DNA of 38,950 nt, taken from NCBI GenBank assembly GCA_910592345.1, contig CAJVPI010000249.1:1-38950 (forward strand). The letters are read 5' to 3'. The position numbers were made by a program, and so were the translations under genes. This document shows, in pieces, positions 35,807 to 38,950 of this stretch. The notes under the pieces are model-generated. The model was not told where the DNA came from. It was given only the letters and a program-made list of their open reading frames with translations, and did no database searches. How positions within the stretch are numbered: position 1 is the first letter of the stretch; each line of letters opens with the position of its first letter. The stretch comes from Paraglomus brasilianum (taxonomy: Eukaryota).

Positions 35807-36889
35807 GCTAATACTATTACAGCACGTCTTATATTACACAACTCATAGCGTTTGTCACATCCAGATAGAAAATCTTTTAGGAACCCTTCTCAATTTTGGG
35901 GTACCTTGACGGGATTTATCCGATATGCACGACATAAATAAACCGATTCATATTTTTGCACAATCATAAATCGAGGATTTGTTTAACTGTTTCTGGACGA
36001 CCAAGTTACATTATTACTTACGTAAAGAGATTTTACTAGATTAAAACTTAGTCATAGCGTTCCGATAACTCTTGGACTGAAAAATAAACTTGGTTTCGTG
36101 AAACAAAGATATAATAAAATAGGAAAATATTGTTTGTACATTATACCGTTTACGAGTATTAATATAATAATTAATCAGTTAGACCATATTTTGAAATCTA
36201 CTACTACTATTATTATTTAAAGCATTTATACTATAACTATACAGCACAGCCGTACAAACACACATCACTCAATGGAATATTTTGATACCATCAAGTACGT
36301 GTGACGGAACTACCGTGTTACAACATTTGCAATTATTAATAGTGTAAATTAGATGAAACTAAATCGCTTTGTCGTAAAATTTATAATACAATTGACTTGG
36401 TATTCTATTTTAAATTATTCTTGGTTCTCTTACTATTACGCTAGTAAAATCATCCCTTTACTAATTAACTGGCCTCGTATGGGTATAAGAAGAATAGTTA
36501 GAGACATTCAGCATTCAATTATTCAAACACTCTGCCGTCCTTCTATCACTGACACTTGTACTCACTGACATCTGCTTATACTTTTCGCTACTGCAATTGT
36601 TTATAGTTTACCTTTTTAGTATCGTTGATCTTTCCTGTTAAAACGGGATGTTTCGATCAGCAGATTGTGTTTAGGATGAACAAACATATTGATAGCAAAA
36701 TTTCTATTAATACGAAGATGACCAATCCCATAACGATCCAAGTAACACTTATACTACATTTAGAATTAGTGTTTTTAGCATTAGTGTTTCAAGTCCGAAT
36801 ATATTCGTGTTTTCTATCAATTGTAGAATATATAAACACAGGAGAGTAAGCAATTTTTTCCCCTCATTTTTTGCGAACATATCTCGAAA

Positions 36890-37873
36890 ATGGTCTATCC
36901 CAATAATAATAATCCAGGTTTGATCAGTTGACTATTTTAAAAAGCCTTGCCATTTACATTGCTTGACGTCAACACCACAATATTTTTAGGATATAAGCTT
37001 CAACATGAAGCAAACTGCTATGGACTACCATACGGATATTTTGGGCTGGTTTGCTGGGCCCTATCGATCCTAGCAATTTCGTTAACGTACGCCAATTTCA
37101 CACTATTCGCTTGCTGGCGAGGTTGCCAGCCTTATTATAAGTCACAGTCATCATGGATGGCAGTTATCGCAGCCGCTATGACGTTGGGACCAACCATTTA
37201 TACATGTTTTCACTGTTCTGGGGATTTGGCAGTGTTGCTGCTTGCAGTCGGACAGCTTACACCATGGAGTTTCAAGATGCTGAATGATGGTGCTAGAGGC
37301 AGTCAAACAGCAAACGCACCCATCAAAACACCATCTCATTCGAAATCTTCGTCTACTAATGTGAATACTAGTTATTATCCGGGAAGTGAATGTGGTGATA
37401 ATTCTGATGCTGGTAATGCTGAAAAGGCGATTAAAGGACCCACGGATGCTGACAAGTCAAGAGACAAGTTCTATACACTTCTAGGAGGATTTGTAACAAT
37501 TTTACTGGCCGGTTGTGGGTGGACGGGTTTAGTTTTTTTGACTATGAAGATGACATATACATTGAACTGGATATGGATAATATATGCAGTCGGATTAGTC
37601 TTATCACCATTACTAATTTTCATAATATGTAAATCACACGAGAAACATTCAGTTTGGTTTACGAGTGCAAATGAATATGCACACCTAAACAATTTCTGTA
37701 GCATGTTTTTAATGATAATGTTGTTTGTTTTGGCAACTTTTCATATAGTAGGTGCGCATATACTGCTTGCTAAACTTACTGGCAATTGGAGTGGAATTGC
37801 TCGCGATGGAGCTGGATTAGCATCGTCAATTACATTTTTCATCGGAAAGCGTCTACTCTTTTTTGATACTTAG
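36890..37873 (+). CDS. Uncharacterised multi-pass membrane protein (start uncertain)
   Basis: 308 aa open frame from 36947 with about 6-7 hydrophobic segments, a CYGLPYGYFG motif and a Ser/acidic central loop. The in-frame ATG at 36890 is separated from it by two stops. Confidence 0.65.
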
Positions 37874-38950
37874 TTGTTATTAAACTGTTACCTAATTGCT
37901 TCTTTTTTTTTACTAATGTACTTTTGAAATAAATGTAATAACAATAGAACAAACGTTAAAGCAAGCTTAACGTTGTATAACAAGGACTAGACCGTAATTC
38001 GTTCCTGTTTTTCCCATTATTGGCATATTGCATTTACTGGCGTCGCACGTTCCCGCAAAAAGGTAAAACGTCCTGCAGCCTATAAAATCAATTGTGTTAT
38101 TAAACACAGTGCATAGGAATTAAATTTATGTGTATGAGTTCTATTCGGACAATAAAGGTACTAGTAAATTCGGAATGCTATTTATAGAGAACATTGATTG
38201 GAAAAGGAAATTGATCACCAAGTAATATAAATAGTACGCATACACAGCACATTTGTTTGTCAGGGATCTGTACTCCGTATGAGGATTAGCCCCTAGCGCA
38301 CAAACAAACTTCTCCACGATCGTGAAACTTACTTTCTGGCACACAGCCTTTCGGGAAATGCTTGCACTCTGTAAAAACTTGTGTCAAAGTTTGGCGAAAT
38401 TATCAGGTAAGAAATAAAATTTTAACGTTCGCCAGAAAAGCGGAAGATGTCGTAATAATGCAAAAATGGTCAAAATACGATAAGGTATATATCACTTGAC
38501 CTATTCGAACAATATATTTCCTGGCTTTTTATTCAGCCTGGGCTCAAATCCTGCTATATAAAAAAAAAACAAAAGCTAGCAAAACATACACTGATCATGT
38601 AAACGTACTTTATTATGGGCCTGTGTGATTAACGATTATACGAATTATAATTGTATTAGCTGCTACGCATATGACTCGCTACAATAACCACAGGTCTAGA
38701 CGAATATTTCCCGTCTCGATCAATATACGCAGGAGAGCATTCGTATATCGACCTTGAGATTTAGCTTTTTCCAATGAGGCTTTTGACTACCTCTGATCTC
38801 ACTAAACCTATAAACGACACTTAGTGACCTTAACGTCGGTTTTTAAATAATCTTGATGCTAGATCGGTCTTGTATATACACTGCCCTACAATAAATCACC
38901 GGATTTCACGAAACTTTACTAGTAAAACATATGAAAAGTCTTTCTTTTCA

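Overview
This is eukaryotic, intron-rich, AT-rich fungal DNA. The gene set, a U12-type intron and the TE families suggest an early-diverging fungus (Mucoromycota, probably Glomeromycotina); that assignment is inference. A gene-dense block (1.2-11.4 kb) holds a claudin-like 4-TM gene, RRP8, LSM4, a small PEX5/PEX20-like ORF and SEC39/NBAS. It is followed by a secreted Kex2-type repeat precursor with 36 identical GYPIAE cores (11908-12828), which has about 6 kb of gene-free, MITE-rich upstream DNA. Next come ChaC, U5 snRNA, proteasome alpha-3, a sphingoid-base-phosphate phosphatase and a stomatin/SPFH gene. The right end is a TE graveyard (deleted Tc1 element, kinase pseudogene, Ginger-like integrase element) plus an unknown multi-pass membrane gene. 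The most interesting items are: the GYPIAE peptide precursor (a candidate new peptide-signal or RiPP system); the TPR-less PEX5-like protein carrying a C-terminal PTS2 motif; a U12-type intron in SEC39; and a structured intronic RNA candidate. Exon boundaries were read by eye and are approximate.
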